A model generated the notes under the pieces. That model was not told where the DNA came from. It worked only from the letters and a program-made list of their open reading frames with translations, and ran no database searches. 64,000 bases of DNA. It comes from Vicugna vicugna. Taxonomy: Eukaryota. Positions 13,074 to 25,760 of this stretch are shown here, one piece after another. The stretch is from positions 2,170,001-2,234,000 of the forward strand of contig MU058444.1 of NCBI GenBank assembly GCA_013265495.1, given 5' to 3'. The position numbers were made by a program, and so were the translations under genes. How positions within the stretch are numbered: the stretch's first letter is position 1; the number at the start of each line of letters is the position of its first letter.

Positions 13074-13928
13074 GGACCAGAATCACGTGTCATGTTTTCA
13101 CTGGTATGAATGAGTTCTAACCTCTCATGTAAACCTTGTCATCTTAGAAAGTCAATCATTTCCAAGAACCTCGCCATCCGATAATCACAGGACACCTGGA
13201 CCACTGCACAGAAGCGCCCAGCAGAGACTCCTCAGCGAGAGCCCAACATTACCTAAGCTTCGTCGGAATAATTTTTGTAAAACAATTTCATAAACCTGAC
13301 ACAGTACATGAGCCTTGAAATGTCCTTCCAGCGAAAGGAGACAAGCCCACGTGAATCCATCTCAGAGTGCACACTGATTTCATTCACGGCCGACCGCGGG
13401 GTGACCCGCTCACTGCTCAGTGAATTACAAATGCCTCACTGCGCCGGGGGGAGCTGAGGCTGCAAACCGGAAAGTCCTCTGAGCAAAGCCAATGCCACCG
13501 GACCACTGGGTGACAGTGACACTCTGTTTTTACAGATGTGGTCACAGTTCTGGCATGCAGGGAGTCCACAACGACTGCCAGCTTCCACCGATGAGTCACA
13601 CGCTCCCTAAGAGGTGACTCACATTTGCATTTTATTTCCTCCTATGCCAGGCAAGCAACGCAACTTTTAAAAAATTTCTAAATAATAGTAACTTATGGAA
13701 AAGATTAAAACGTCTCATTAAATTGACTATTTGAATAATCTGTGTGTACGACTGGAAAAAGCAACATCTCTGAAGTGAAGAAAACAAAAGAAATTCAGCT
13801 TGGAGAGGCTAGAATTCATCAAATTGTAGGGAAAAAAATTTAAGCCTCTCAACTCAGGAGTTCCTATTCCTGAGTCCTCTTTTTTCTGCTACATCTACAG
13901 CAACTCCCAACGATAATTTCGGAAGAAA

Positions 13929-14528
13929 TTTTTTTAAACACTTTTATTGTGGTATGATTCCTGTACAATAAACTACACATATTTCAGATGTACAATCTGA
14001 TGAATCTGGATACATGTATATACACCCAGGAAAGCACCACCACAGTCAAGACAGCTAACATTTCCATCACGCCCCAAGTGGTGCAAATTTCGAACTCCCC
14101 ATTTATCCCTTCCCACTTCTGGGCATATATCTGGAGAAAATTATAATTCAAAAAGACACATGCACCCCAATGTTCACAGCAGCACTATTTACAACAGCCA
14201 AGACACGGAAACAACCTAGTGTCCATCAACAGATGACTGGATAAAGAAGTTATGATATATTTATACAATGGAATACTACTTGGCCATTAAAAAGAATAAA
14301 ATAACGCAATTTGCAGCAACATGGATGGACCTGGAGATCATCATTCTAAGTGAATTAAGCCAGAAAGAGAAAAATACCCTATAATATCACTTTCATGTGG
14401 AATCTTAAAAAAAAAAAAAAGGACACAAATGAACTTAACTACAAAACAGAAACAGACTCAGAGACATAGAAAACAAACTTATGGTTACCAGAGGGGGAAG
14501 GGGGTGGGAAGGGATAAATCAGGAGTTA
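13929..14528 (-). mobile_element. 5'-inverted L1 insertion (3' part 13929-14117 on minus, inverted part 14118-14528 on plus)
   Basis: Opposite-orientation L1 segments are joined, and both include the gtgggaagggataaat breakpoint region. Confidence 0.75.
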
Positions 14529-14744
14529 GAAGAGTTTTATCTCTCAGTGAATCAGCTCATTCTACAGATGCAAATACTGATTTAAGGGACACACAGGATA
14601 TGGAAGTAGCAGACTATCCAAGATGCTTCCTTGCAGAACACAAAATCCCTACTGTCCCAAGGGTTAGTGTTATCAAAGGAATTTCAATTCCTTCATATAT
14701 TTTTGTCAAAATAAACAGAAGAGTTTATACTCTAGTTCTGGAGG

Positions 14745-14990
14745 GTTTTTTTGAGGGGGGTGGAGGTAATTAGGTTTATTTACTGATTTATTTTTAACAC
14801 CTTTATTGTAGTATAATTTCTATACAGTAAACTACATACATTTCAGATGTACAATTTGGTGAATTTTGATAGCTGTATGTACCTATGCAACCACTACCAC
14901 AATCAAGATACCTGACATTTCCATCATTATTTTATTTTACGACTTTTATTTATTTTTAATGGAGGGGCTGGGGATTGAACCCAGGACCTG
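14745..14990 (-). mobile_element. 5'-truncated Vic-1-type SINE with an L1 3' end (about 14790-14928) inserted in its A-rich region
   Basis: ggaggtaattaggtttattt ... L1 end ... tttttaatggaggggctggggattgaacccaggacc. Confidence 0.7.
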
Positions 14991-16251
14991 GAGGGTAGTG
15001 ACCTGACCCCACCACCAACCACGCCTCTGTTTCCTCTCATCGAGATGCTGCAAACCAAAGTGGATGTGCGCACAGGGCTCAGGACGGCACCTGCCCCACG
15101 GGGAGCGGAGGTACCTGCACTGGGGCGAGGATTCGTGCTTAAACTCTTTGACTCACTCTTCTTGACACTGCAGTCAGGCAAAAAGCAAATCCCATACTGA
15201 ATCTGTCAAAACAGACAACTATTTCCAAGCCAGGATGTTTGCATCCAAAGACAATCTCGTCAAGGATGTTTTAACTATTTTGGCAGAAACAAATGTAATC
15301 AACAGATTTTTAGTGGCTGCTTCCAAGTTTCAAAAACGTGTGAAAATGCTCCACACAATATTTCTTAACTGCAAAGATGGCATGCGGATTTTGAAAATTC
15401 TATGCTGTTAAAAAAAATCGCTCCCCTAAAAGCAAAGTTCAATAGAGTTTTAAAAGCAAAAAGTTGATGAAGTTGAAGTGCTAATTTCTAACTTGATGGC
15501 TATCTTTGGCAAATGCTCACTTACTTATTCAGATACCAGGGGAAGCTAACATAGGTACAATTATTTCCCTTGTACAGCAAAGGATTTTAAATTTCTGCAC
15601 ATTCTTCCTTTACCTGAAAAGATAGAGTCGTCCGAACGCTGATAGCCAAATTCTACACAACAATTTTACAACTAAAGTTTCACAAACTGTTTACGACATC
15701 CAAATGATGACTAAAATTTTTTTAAAAATCAGTAAATGCATTTTCACTAAAAAAAAGATGAAATAGTTCGGAAAGAATGAGTTAATGAGTCAACAGTAAA
15801 CCAAATGACCTTTGCTCTCAAGATCTGCAGAGCCAAGCTACCCCAGAAAACTAGAAACATTTAATTTTATCCTAGTCCTTGAATTCCAAGTAAGATTCTG
15901 TAGCCTGAGTCATAGAAGACTTGATTAAAGAAAAAAATATTGAATAAACATTACAATTCAGTGAGGTTGAATGTTATCATATTATTCTAACATTGTGAGA
16001 TGGTTCTCAATTATTTTAAGTTTTTATAACATGAAACCCAATTAATAAAAATATCCAGCCCTTCAACACTCAGGTACTGACAATGGAATTTGTACAATAT
16101 TTACATTCCTCCCCCACCCTTCCCTCCTTGGCTTCTCTCCTTTACATCCCTGCCCCCTTCACTGCAATTCACCAAAGGATGAAAAGGAACATAAAAGTGG
16201 TCAGTTTCAGGAGTTAGCATGGCAACATGACACGGCGGGAAGTTAAAATTA

Positions 16252-16753
16252 CAGCAGACAGTCCCCCTTTATCCACAGTTTGGCTTTCCACAGTTTCGAT
16301 GACCCACAGTCAACCACAGTCTGAAAACACTGCCATGAAAAATCCCAGAAATAAAGGCTTCTTAAATTTTAAGTTGTGTGCAGCTCTGAGCAGCGTGATG
16401 ACATCTCACACTGTCCAGCTCCCTCCCCGCCTGGGATGTGAACCGTCCCTCAGTCCAGTGTCTCCGCCCACTAGTCACTCAGTAGCCACCTCGGTTGTGA
16501 GACTGTCACAGTACCACAGTGCTTGTGTTCACGGAACCCTTATTTTACTTAATCATGGCCCCGAAGTGCAGGAGTAGTGGCACTGGCTATTCAGATATTC
16601 TCCTGCTGTGCCTAATTTATAAATTATCATGGTATGTATCTATGCATAGGAAAAAATATAGTATGTACATATGGGGTTCTGTACTATCTACAGTTTCAGG
16701 CGTCCACTGGGGGTCTTGGAACGTATCCCTTACAGATAAGGGGAGACTACAGT
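16252..16753 (+). mobile_element. MER44-like (Tigger7-derived) non-autonomous DNA transposon
   Basis: Terminal inverted repeats agtccccctttatccacag / cagataaggggagactac; internal acccttattttacttaatcatggccccgaag and ctgtgcctaatttataaatta match the recalled MER44 consensus. Confidence 0.8.
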
Positions 16754-18494
16754 ATCCATGATCATCATCCCCAAAGCCTAACTTTCAGGCGACTAAGGTT
16801 ACAGCCATGGTCCCTGTCATTTGTCATGAAAGCACAATGGGATATAAGTGCTGAGTGTTGGTTCAATATGTAACTGGTACAATAATAATGTTTTGTAGAG
16901 AAATAAAAGAAGGGAGAGAGGGAGGAAGGGGTGAGAACACTAAACAAAAAGGTGTGCAGTGACATATGCGGCCTTGTAGAAATTTAAAACTGAAAGGGAC
17001 GTATGTGGGGTGGGGCGGGGGACGACGTCAGTTCAGAGTTCAGCTCTGTGGATAATCCCGGCTGAGACCCAAGCTCTCCCAGGTACGGGCTGGGTGACCT
17101 GAGTGGGTCATTTACATCTCCTGAGGCTCCGTTTCCTCCTCTGTCCATGGAGCTAACAACAGAACCGTTTCTGGACAGTTAAGTAACACAACGGCGGGGC
17201 ATCTGGCACGTGGTAGGACTCCACAAGGACCATTACTATTACTCGTGGTACCATCGTCAGGTCCAGCATCCTCCTTTTCTGGAAAATGAAGCTGAGACCC
17301 GGAGAGGTGAAGATGACACCCCAGGCACACAGCTCTCCAGCGGCAAAGCTTGGCAAGAACTCACTTCTCCTGCCCAGGGCCCGTGATCCACACCGCGTGC
17401 CAGAAAACCAACGTGGAGAAGAGAATGAGGTGGGAAATGCTAAGCAAGGGCGAAGCTGGTTCTCAGAATTCAGTGTGTTTTCAAGAAACACGTGAGAGGG
17501 TGCCTAAAACACATGCAGTGTTCATGCACGTGCCACCAGGAGACATTCTGGTCCAGTTAAACCTGGAGGAGGGTGGTCTCAAAAGGCATCATCTGGAGAC
17601 AACTCCACTGCAGGGACCCGGGGGTCCGCTCGGAGAAGCACTGTGCCGAGCTGCAGTCTAGACCATCAGAGCCACCTATGCAGCCCCACCCTGATTTGGG
17701 ATCGTGGGTTGATCCCAACATGCAGGCACCTGTACCTTTTAAATGCTCCTTAGGTGACACTCACATGTGGTCACGTAGGCAACCAACATCCGATAAACAG
17801 AGAAGACGACCACCTTTGCTGAGATCAACATAACAAGACTGGGAAGAGGTGGTGTTTGTGCAACTAATGGAAGAAGACAGCTTTGTGGGGAGGGCTTGAG
17901 GGCAGAGGCAGGAGACCCTGTCACAAGTCAGATAAAGTGGGGTCCCTGAAGGAGGTGCAGACAATGAGCTCACTGCTCCCCATCCCCAAACGTGGCCACC
18001 TCTCCACCTCTGTTGATAACACGCATTCTCCACAGGTGAACACCAGCTCCTAGAAACGTCACCCCTGCTCCAAGGTCGCAGCAACCTCCTTCCGAACTTT
18101 GACGGTGGATGAAAGTAGGATGCTGGGCCGTGGTTAAACTCAGCGACTCCCACTGGCTGTGTTGCCTTAAGGTTGCTATTTAACCTGAGCTTCCACTTCT
18201 TCATTCCCTAAAAGAGGAGCTATCTATTTGGCATATTTAATACGGTTGTTAGGATGACCGAAAGACACAATGTGTCTGAAAGCGTTTTTTCAGTTCCAAA
18301 ACAACGGGCATGTCTGAGATATTTCTGTTTTTACTTACACCTCCTTACCCTACTGAAGAGACAACATGCTATGAAACTTATAGTCAGTACATTCAGCCCC
18401 AAGGGAGGGACGGATGAGCCACCTCCACAAAATCCCTGAGCCTGGAGGGCTGCTCGAGGTCAGCTTACCATGGCAATGATTAAAGAGGAGATGG

Positions 18495-18992
18495 CTGTGG
18501 TATACATATACAATGGAATACTACTCGGTCATGAAAAAGAACAAACCAATGCCATTTACAGCAACGGGGATGGACCTGGAGATTGTCATTCTAGGTGAAG
18601 TCAGCCAGAAAGAGAGCGAAAAATACCATATGATATCACTTACATGTGGAATCTAAAAAAATGACACAAATGAACATATTTACAAAACAGAAACAGACTC
18701 ACAGACATAGAAAAGAAACTTATGATTACCAGAGGGGGAAAGCGGTGGGAAGGGATAAATTGGGAGTTCAAGATTTGCAGATACTAACTACTGTATATAA
18801 AACAGATAAACAACAAGGTTCTACTGCATAGCACAGGGAACTAATTTCAATATCTTGTAGTAACCTATAATGAAAAAGAATATGAAAAGGAATATATGTA
18901 TGTATATGTGTGACTGAAATATGATGCTGTACACCAAAGACTGACACAACATTGTAACGGGCTATACCTCAATTTAAAATAAATAAATAAAT
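18495..18992 (+). mobile_element. L1 3' portion
   Basis: caatggaatactactcgg...gggaagggataaattgggagttcaagatttgcagatac...; A-rich tail. Confidence 0.88.
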
Positions 18993-20763
18993 TAGCATGG
19001 TCTTTCTTGAAGAAAAAAGGCTAAAAACTAAAAATAAAATATTGAATATTGATCTAAACATAACCAACAAATAAATAAATGAGGAGGAGGTGGTCTGGTC
19101 ACCTAGACTGAGAAGGACAAATACCACAGGAGCAGGGGGGTTCAAGTCAGAAACCCGACCTAAGTCAAAGGTGAAGATACGTTCCAAAAATCGTACACTA
19201 ATCCACTTGGAGATTAACTCAAAAAACACTGAGCCCCACCCTGCACACAACTGGATGTGATTAAAATGGCTCAGATAGAGAAGATACCGTAAGACACTGA
19301 AGGGACAAGATCCTGCAAAGGAATGCTGGCTAACAGGCCATTTGTGGGCTATAACACTGAGGAGGGAACTGCATGCTAGGAATACTAAGGAACTGTATCT
19401 AATTCTGCAGTGAAAAACGCAGACTCTCATGCAAGATAAAAAGCGCCGTGCACCGTCCAATGAAAGATAATTAAGCAGAGTCAAGCACCCAAGCCCCTCC
19501 AAGGATGGGGAAAAGTCACTAGGAAGAACAACTCAGCTGTTGGTCCAACTCTATTTGCCATAGAATGGTCTGTATCTGGACCACAGGGAAGTGAGACGTT
19601 CAGCTCCTCAGATAAAATAAGGACTATCCCGTTCAGCGTCTCCCTGGGCGACGTGAGGCTCCACTAAGTGCCTCTGCATCACGATCCTTGAGCAAATCTG
19701 CCGTTGACGACTTACTTTCACGTGCATTTTCCATTGACGTTTCAAAAATCATTAGACACACAAATAAGAAGGGGTAAAATCCTCGGCATGAGGAGAATAC
19801 AGAGGTGGGGGGCGGAGGGGGGAGGCTTACACGCCACTTAGGAAACAGATTTTAAGAGTTTCCACTAATGAAAACAATTAAGGCTCCCTCGAAGCCAAAT
19901 TCTGCAGGAAAACAGATGGAAAACCCGTGAGCAAGGCTCGTGGTTACAGATAAACACAGAGCAGCCAAGCGGCTGCCTTTGGCTCTGACCTTCATGCCAG
20001 ACCTACAGAGGTCCTGGCAGAGAGCAGATGCTTTCTTTTTTAAATGGAACCACTGTATAATGTAAATAGAATGATGACATAACTGTGGCCAGGCGTGGCG
20101 GTGTATACAAACGGGAGCCGGCCTCCGGGGACCAGCAACCGTGGCCAAGGGTGATCCCGCAACCTGACTCTAATTAAACCTCATCTGAGCACTGGGCAAA
20201 GGAGCCCTGCCAGCGATGACCTTGTCATGAATGCTTCACATCACATCACCCACTTCGGGTGACAGGTAGAGTCAGGATCAGCTTAAAGAAAACGCCACCA
20301 ACTGCCAACTAGTTAACACGTCGGGGAGGCTGCCTGAGTCACGCACTTCTCCAGCAAGTAAAGAAACATTCACTGACAAGGAAAACCTCAGCGAAGGAAT
20401 TTGTCTAAAGCTAAATGTCCGTGTTAGGAAGAAAGATCGCCACTTCCTGGCAGTCTGCGTCTGAGTCATACTCAAATAATATGACCCGCTCGCTGCCCAA
20501 GGGACTTCTGATTTTAGACAGGGGCCGGGGGAATAACTCACGTAGCAAAGGGACAGAGTAGATCTGGGCAGTTTTCATCTGTGTCTGCCGCCCCCAACAC
20601 GCGCACACACACGCACAGAACTGAGAGCAATTATGTGAGTGTCCCTCTGCATGGAAACTGGTTGAGACCCAGACTCGGGCTGTTCAAGCTTACAGATCAG
20701 CAAGTCAGTACTGCCTGATAACGTACTGTCTCCCACTACCTGCGTCATGAAGCTATTGTCTTG

Positions 20764-20898
20764 GGATTTTTTTCGGGGGGGGGGTAATAATTAGGTTTGT
20801 TTGTTTGTTTGTTTATTTAAATGGAGATTCTGGAGATTGAATCCAGGCCCTCATGCCTGCTAAGCGTGCGCTCTACCATTAAGTTACATCCTCACCCC
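20764..20898 (-). mobile_element. Vic-1-type SINE with TSD
   Basis: TSD agctatt(g/a)tcttg at 20751-20763 and 20899-20911. Confidence 0.8.
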
Positions 20899-20920
20899 AG
20901 CTATTATCTTGTCATATTGC

Positions 20921-21097
20921 TTTTTTTTTATTGAATTATAGTCAGTTTACAATGTTGCGTTAGTTTCTGGTGTACGGCATAGGGATTCAGTTATACATAT
21001 ACATATATATTCCTTTTCTATTCTGCTCCATTATAGGCAATCACAGGGTATTGAATATAGTTCCCTGTGCTGTACAGGAGGTCCTTGCTGTTTACAT
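20921..21097 (-). mobile_element. L1 3' end fragment
   Basis: Poly-T then gtcagtttacaatg...gaatatagttccctgtgctgtacag. Confidence 0.8.
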
Positions 21098-21100
21098 AAC

Positions 21101-21324
21101 TGCTTTGGAATTAAACTTCTGTCCCCAAAGGCTATTTCCTAGGAAAAGTAAAAAAACATGAACAACGGAAATTCAAAAGATGTGCATTCTCTTAGAGCAG
21201 GGTTTTACTAAGTGCTTTGGGATTAAACTTCTGTCCCCAAAGGCTATTTCCTAGGAAAAGTAAAAAAACATGAACAACGGAAATTCAAAAGATGTGCATT
21301 CTCTTAGAGCAGGGTTTTACTAAG
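21101..21324. repeat. Tandem duplication, 2 x 112 bp
   Basis: 21101-21212 and 21213-21324 are identical except ttggAatt versus ttggGatt. Confidence 0.95.
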
Positions 21325-21565
21325 TCTTCCAACCCTAACAAAAATGTATAGCGTTTAAAATACAGATGCGATTAAAGAATGTGGGTATCACCAAAAAATA
21401 AAATCATAACAATCAAACCTGAGGCTACAAAATACACTGCACCCAGAACTCCACAGCTTTCACAGAAAAGTAACTTTCACAAAGGACAGACTGCAGAACC
21501 TTAGTCAGCCGGGGGCGTCTGGAGGCCTGATTTACACGTTAAACACAGGGTCCCGTTACACTTAC

Positions 21566-22309
21566 CTCATTTCCATCTGTGTCTCTGGAAGCAAAGGACA
21601 CATCAGTACCGAGGGAGTGACATCTCTTTTGTTCAAACCAGAAACAGTGTGTGGCATGTGGGCAAAATCTCCCCGCATTCTGCTTTCCTTGAACCCTGCT
21701 ATGGTGTTTGGCTGGGGCTTCAGAAAACCCACTTTGTTGGAGGGCTGTCTCTGCACCATGGGGAATGGAACTTAAGCTGGCTGCCTTTCGGGAAGAAAAA
21801 ACATCAGCTCTTCTCTGGAATGTTATTTCCCTCGTGTTGACATCAGCCAAATGTTTCTTCCTCTCCGCCCGGGACGCAGCGCTGTCTTCTGAGAGCCTCT
21901 CCTGGAGGTCACTCACTTTTACTTGTGTTTCACCGTGTGGGGCAGGAGACGTGTTCACAGGGTGGGACCCCCCGCTCGCAGCCCCGGGCAGGAGTAGGAC
22001 TTCTGTCTTCTCGTGCGGAAGCCCCTCTTCCAGGGGGAGGCGGGGGCTGGCAGATCCCTCCCGCCCCAGCCCCCTGGACGAGGACCGAGGGGCCGCCTGC
22101 TCTCTGGATGGCGGGATGCTGACTCCTTTGCCTTCATGTTCCTGGTTGGGATCCACTGACGCCGAGTCCCCTGCAGTTTTCTTGGTCGTGTCTCTTCTGA
22201 AGTATCTTCTTCCTCCAGCAGGGTATCTTTCAGGGCTCAAAGGAGTTTTGGCAGGATCTAAAAACTGTTCTTCTTTCTCAGCCCTGACACATCCACAGAC
22301 ATTCCCCAT
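21566..22309 (-). CDS. DST: DST alternative first coding exon (isoform-3 type N-terminus MGNVCGCVRAEKEEQ...DTDGNE, 248 aa)
   Basis: ATG at 22309, open frame of 744 nt to consensus donor GAG|gtaagt (phase 0), compatible with the ISDIHV exon; ORF track 21539-22309. The MG-x-x-C-x-C start is recognised as the BPAG1 isoform-3 N-terminus. Confidence 0.9.
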
Positions 22310-23919
22310 CTGACTTGCAGGAAATCACAGCTCCAGACTCTCACTCATTTCAAAATCCAGGGCATTCTCAGATCTTCTCCATGCAGTCCGAAAAGTCCAC
22401 TCGGACCTCTGATTCCTCAGACTTCAAGACCATCCTCTTCAGCATGAGGCCATTTTGCTTATGAGAAAGGCACACGCAAGAAACGCCGTGGCATCCTGCC
22501 CGGCCGGTCCCTGGGTCTCATTAGACACCGTGGCTTATTTCTGGCCACCAATCCTCTTAGACAAACACGGCTGCTCACTGTCAAATTACACGCTGGGGAG
22601 CTTTCAAGGCAGACCCTGAACTTCACTGCACGAAAAAATTCTGACCCTCACTTTAACTTTCAGTTTTCTGAAATGAGGTTACCCTAATGAAGTCTGCACT
22701 AACCTTTGGAACTGCTCGTGATTCAACAGATCTGAGCGCAAACAGAAAGCAAATGCCAGCCAGGAGACGCTTAGCAAAGCGCCTTTCAAACTCAGTCTCA
22801 AAGCGCCTTTCCAACTTAGTTTCAAAAAGTCCCTACAATATACTTCTTTTTCTTAAGAAACACAAACTCATTTTGGTACTCGCCTCCCCCTAAAAGGCTC
22901 AAAAAACCTCTATAAATTGTATTAAGACTCATTCAAAATCAGCAGTTGGAAAAAAATAACAGGATGATTCAACGGCTGAAGGAAAGATAATGCTAAATGC
23001 CTAAAATACTCTATTCAAACTGTTTCTAAAATCAATCTTTTCAAATACTTTGTGATATTTTTCATATGATGTATTTCCAAGCCATTTCTTTTTTATGATC
23101 ATTAGGATTTTCATATAAACACCTTGATAAATTTTATGACTTAAAGCATGGAACACTTAGCCAAAAGAAACACCTGTGTGTTCTTATGCATGAATTAAGG
23201 CAGCTCAACTTTATGTGTAACTTTTATAATTGAACCCTAGTTAAATATTACACAATTTTACTAGGGCCTTGCTGTATAAATAATAAGTCAGTTTGCAAGC
23301 TGATTATCGAAGGTGTGCATATTTCTGACATTGAGTCACAGATACAGTAAAAAGGAAATTAGTAGGGCCTGACTGGACTTACACGTAAGCTGAAACCATG
23401 TGACTAATAAAAAAATTGATAATTTCTCTAGGTTGTCTTCAGACTGATCAAAGGTGGAACTCATTGTATTTGTTCCAGTAAAAATATTCAATTGAACAGT
23501 CAAGTTAGCAATGTTGCTGGTATTTGTCAGTAATAGATCTGTCTGGTAAGGTTTTCCCCTCATCACTTTCAGAGGAAATTAAACAATCTTCATCAGCAAA
23601 AACTGAATATCCTAGAAGACAAACTGGCAAAAATAAAGCTTCCAGTTGATTTGATTTTCAATGTCTTCACTGGCAATGGAACATCATTCAAGAGAACTTC
23701 ACAATAAGGCTGGTATTTGTACAGACACGACAGAGACTCCACCAGGGGTCTGCACGCCCTCCTGGCCCTGCCAGACCCAGGAGCTGTCTGTTCTCAGGCC
23801 ACTGCACACGGCTGTCTCTCCCAGAAATGGCCCAATTTTTAGCCTCTGTCTGTTAGCCAGCAATCATCTTGCAAAGCCTACTGTAATATCAGTGACAATC
23901 TCCTTTATTCTCTAAGAAC

Positions 23920-24405
23920 TTTCTTTTTTTTTTTAATTCAAGTATAGTCAGTTACAATGTGTCCATTTCTGGTGTACAGCATCACGTTTCAGTCATATAG
24001 ATATATTCCTTTTCATATTCTTTTTCATTATATGTTACTACAAGATACTGAATATAGTTCCCTGTGCTACACAGTAGAAACTGGTTGTTTATCTATTTTA
24101 TATATAGCAGTTAGCATCTGCAAATCTCGAACTCCCAATTTATCCCTTCCCACCCCCTCTCTCCCTTGGTGACCATAAGTTTGTTTTCTGTATCTTTGAG
24201 TCTGTTTCTGTTTTGTAATTGAGTTCATTTGTGTCTTTCTTCTCATATCATATGGTATTTTTCGCTCTCTTTCTGGCTGACTTCACTTGGAATGACAATC
24301 TCCAGGTCCACTTCTATTGCTGCAAATGGCATGATTTTATTCTTTTTTATAGCTGAGTAGTATTCCATCATACACATATACCACAGATTCTTCATCTGGC
24401 CACCT
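23920..24405 (-). mobile_element. L1 3' portion
   Basis: Reverse complement of L1 3' motifs (gctgcaaatggcat, gctgagtagtattccat, tttatcccttcccacccc). Confidence 0.88.
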
Positions 24406-24891
24406 GCTCTAAGGCCTTCCCGATCCTACTCAATACCCCTCCTCTACATCCCAATAGATTCATCACCCTAGATTACAGTCAGTTTTACCAACATTTTCCC
24501 AAAAGACAGAACAGCATATTTTATTATCTTAGTATCTCTGGACCTAGGATATAGTAGTTAACACATGATTACTAGATTGATAATGCTTACTTCAGACAGC
24601 CCAACTAGAAAAGAGATGCAATGTGTGATGCTCATGACAAATATTTTAAAACAAATAAATATACTGGTCTTCTGAAATTACTTCCCTTATTTATGTAAAG
24701 CACAGAGGGAAAAAAAAGGCCCAGTCACTTGGAGTGGGGAAGATTACCACTGCTATAAATAACCTTCTATGTCAGCACAACCAGTAAAATTGTTCTAGTC
24801 TTCAGTTATCATAGTACTAAAAAAAAGTTATTTCTTTAAATAAAAAGGAGTATTTCTATTTTACCAACACTTGATAGGTTCCACTTTTTAA

Positions 24892-25068
24892 ATATATATT
24901 TTTTTGATGTACAGTCAGTTTACAATATTGTGTCAATTTCTGGTGTACAGCATAATGCTTCAGTCATATGGGAACATACATATATATTCGTTTTCACATT
25001 TTTTTTCACCGTAACTTACTACAAGACATTGAATGTGGTTCCCTGCACTATACAGTATAAACATGTTG
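24892..25068 (-). mobile_element. L1 3' end fragment with TSD
   Basis: TSD ttgataggttcca(c)tttt on both sides (about 24871 and 25069). Confidence 0.85.
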
Positions 25069-25595
25069 TTGATAGGTTCCATTTTAAATAAGTCTTGGTC
25101 TAATTTGTAAATATTGGTGACCATTTCACAGTCATAGTATCTTGTAATTCAGGTCCTAAAATACACTGGCTTCTGTAACACAGGCTACAGGATCACAGAA
25201 GAAGCAAAACTCCTCTTGGTCCTCCCAGGGCTGGTCCTCTTTGCTCCTCCAAAGATGCCCGAACCCCAGAGAGCTTTCTTAACATGGAATCTTCTTCTGA
25301 ATGACCTTTCGCTTTCAACGTCCTCAAACCTAAGGTCTACACAGACCGCCTCTCATGTCCAACCATCTCCTCACGTCGGATCTGCTACTTCCTGGTTTCT
25401 GCTCCCAGGAGGTTGGGAGCACCTTCTCCAAGGTCCCCCGTGTTTTCCTTCCAGACAAACCGGCACTCAACCTTAACTTCCCCGCACTCTCCAGTGGCCC
25501 TTCCCACTGCTCACCGTTCTTTCCTACTGGAAATTCTCGCCCCTTGGATTCACCAACACTACGTCTTCTTGTTGCTACAACAAGAACTGAAGTAT

Positions 25596-25760
25596 GGGGG
25601 GAGAGGGAGGGGGACATAGCTCAGTGGTAGAGCGCATGCCTAGCATGCTCAAGGTCCCGGGTCCGATCCCTAGTACTTCCATTAAAAATATAAACAAATA
25701 AGTAAACAAATAAACAAACCCAGTTACCTCCTTCCCCCGCTTAAAAACAAAACAATTTAG
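25596..25760 (+). mobile_element. Vic-1-type SINE
   Basis: atagctcagtggtagagcgcatgcctagcatgctcaaggtcccgggtccgatccctag. Confidence 0.85.

Noticed and set aside
21708..22313. 201-aa plus-strand ORF
   Set aside because: Antisense shadow of the GC-rich DST isoform-3 exon; no recognisable protein.
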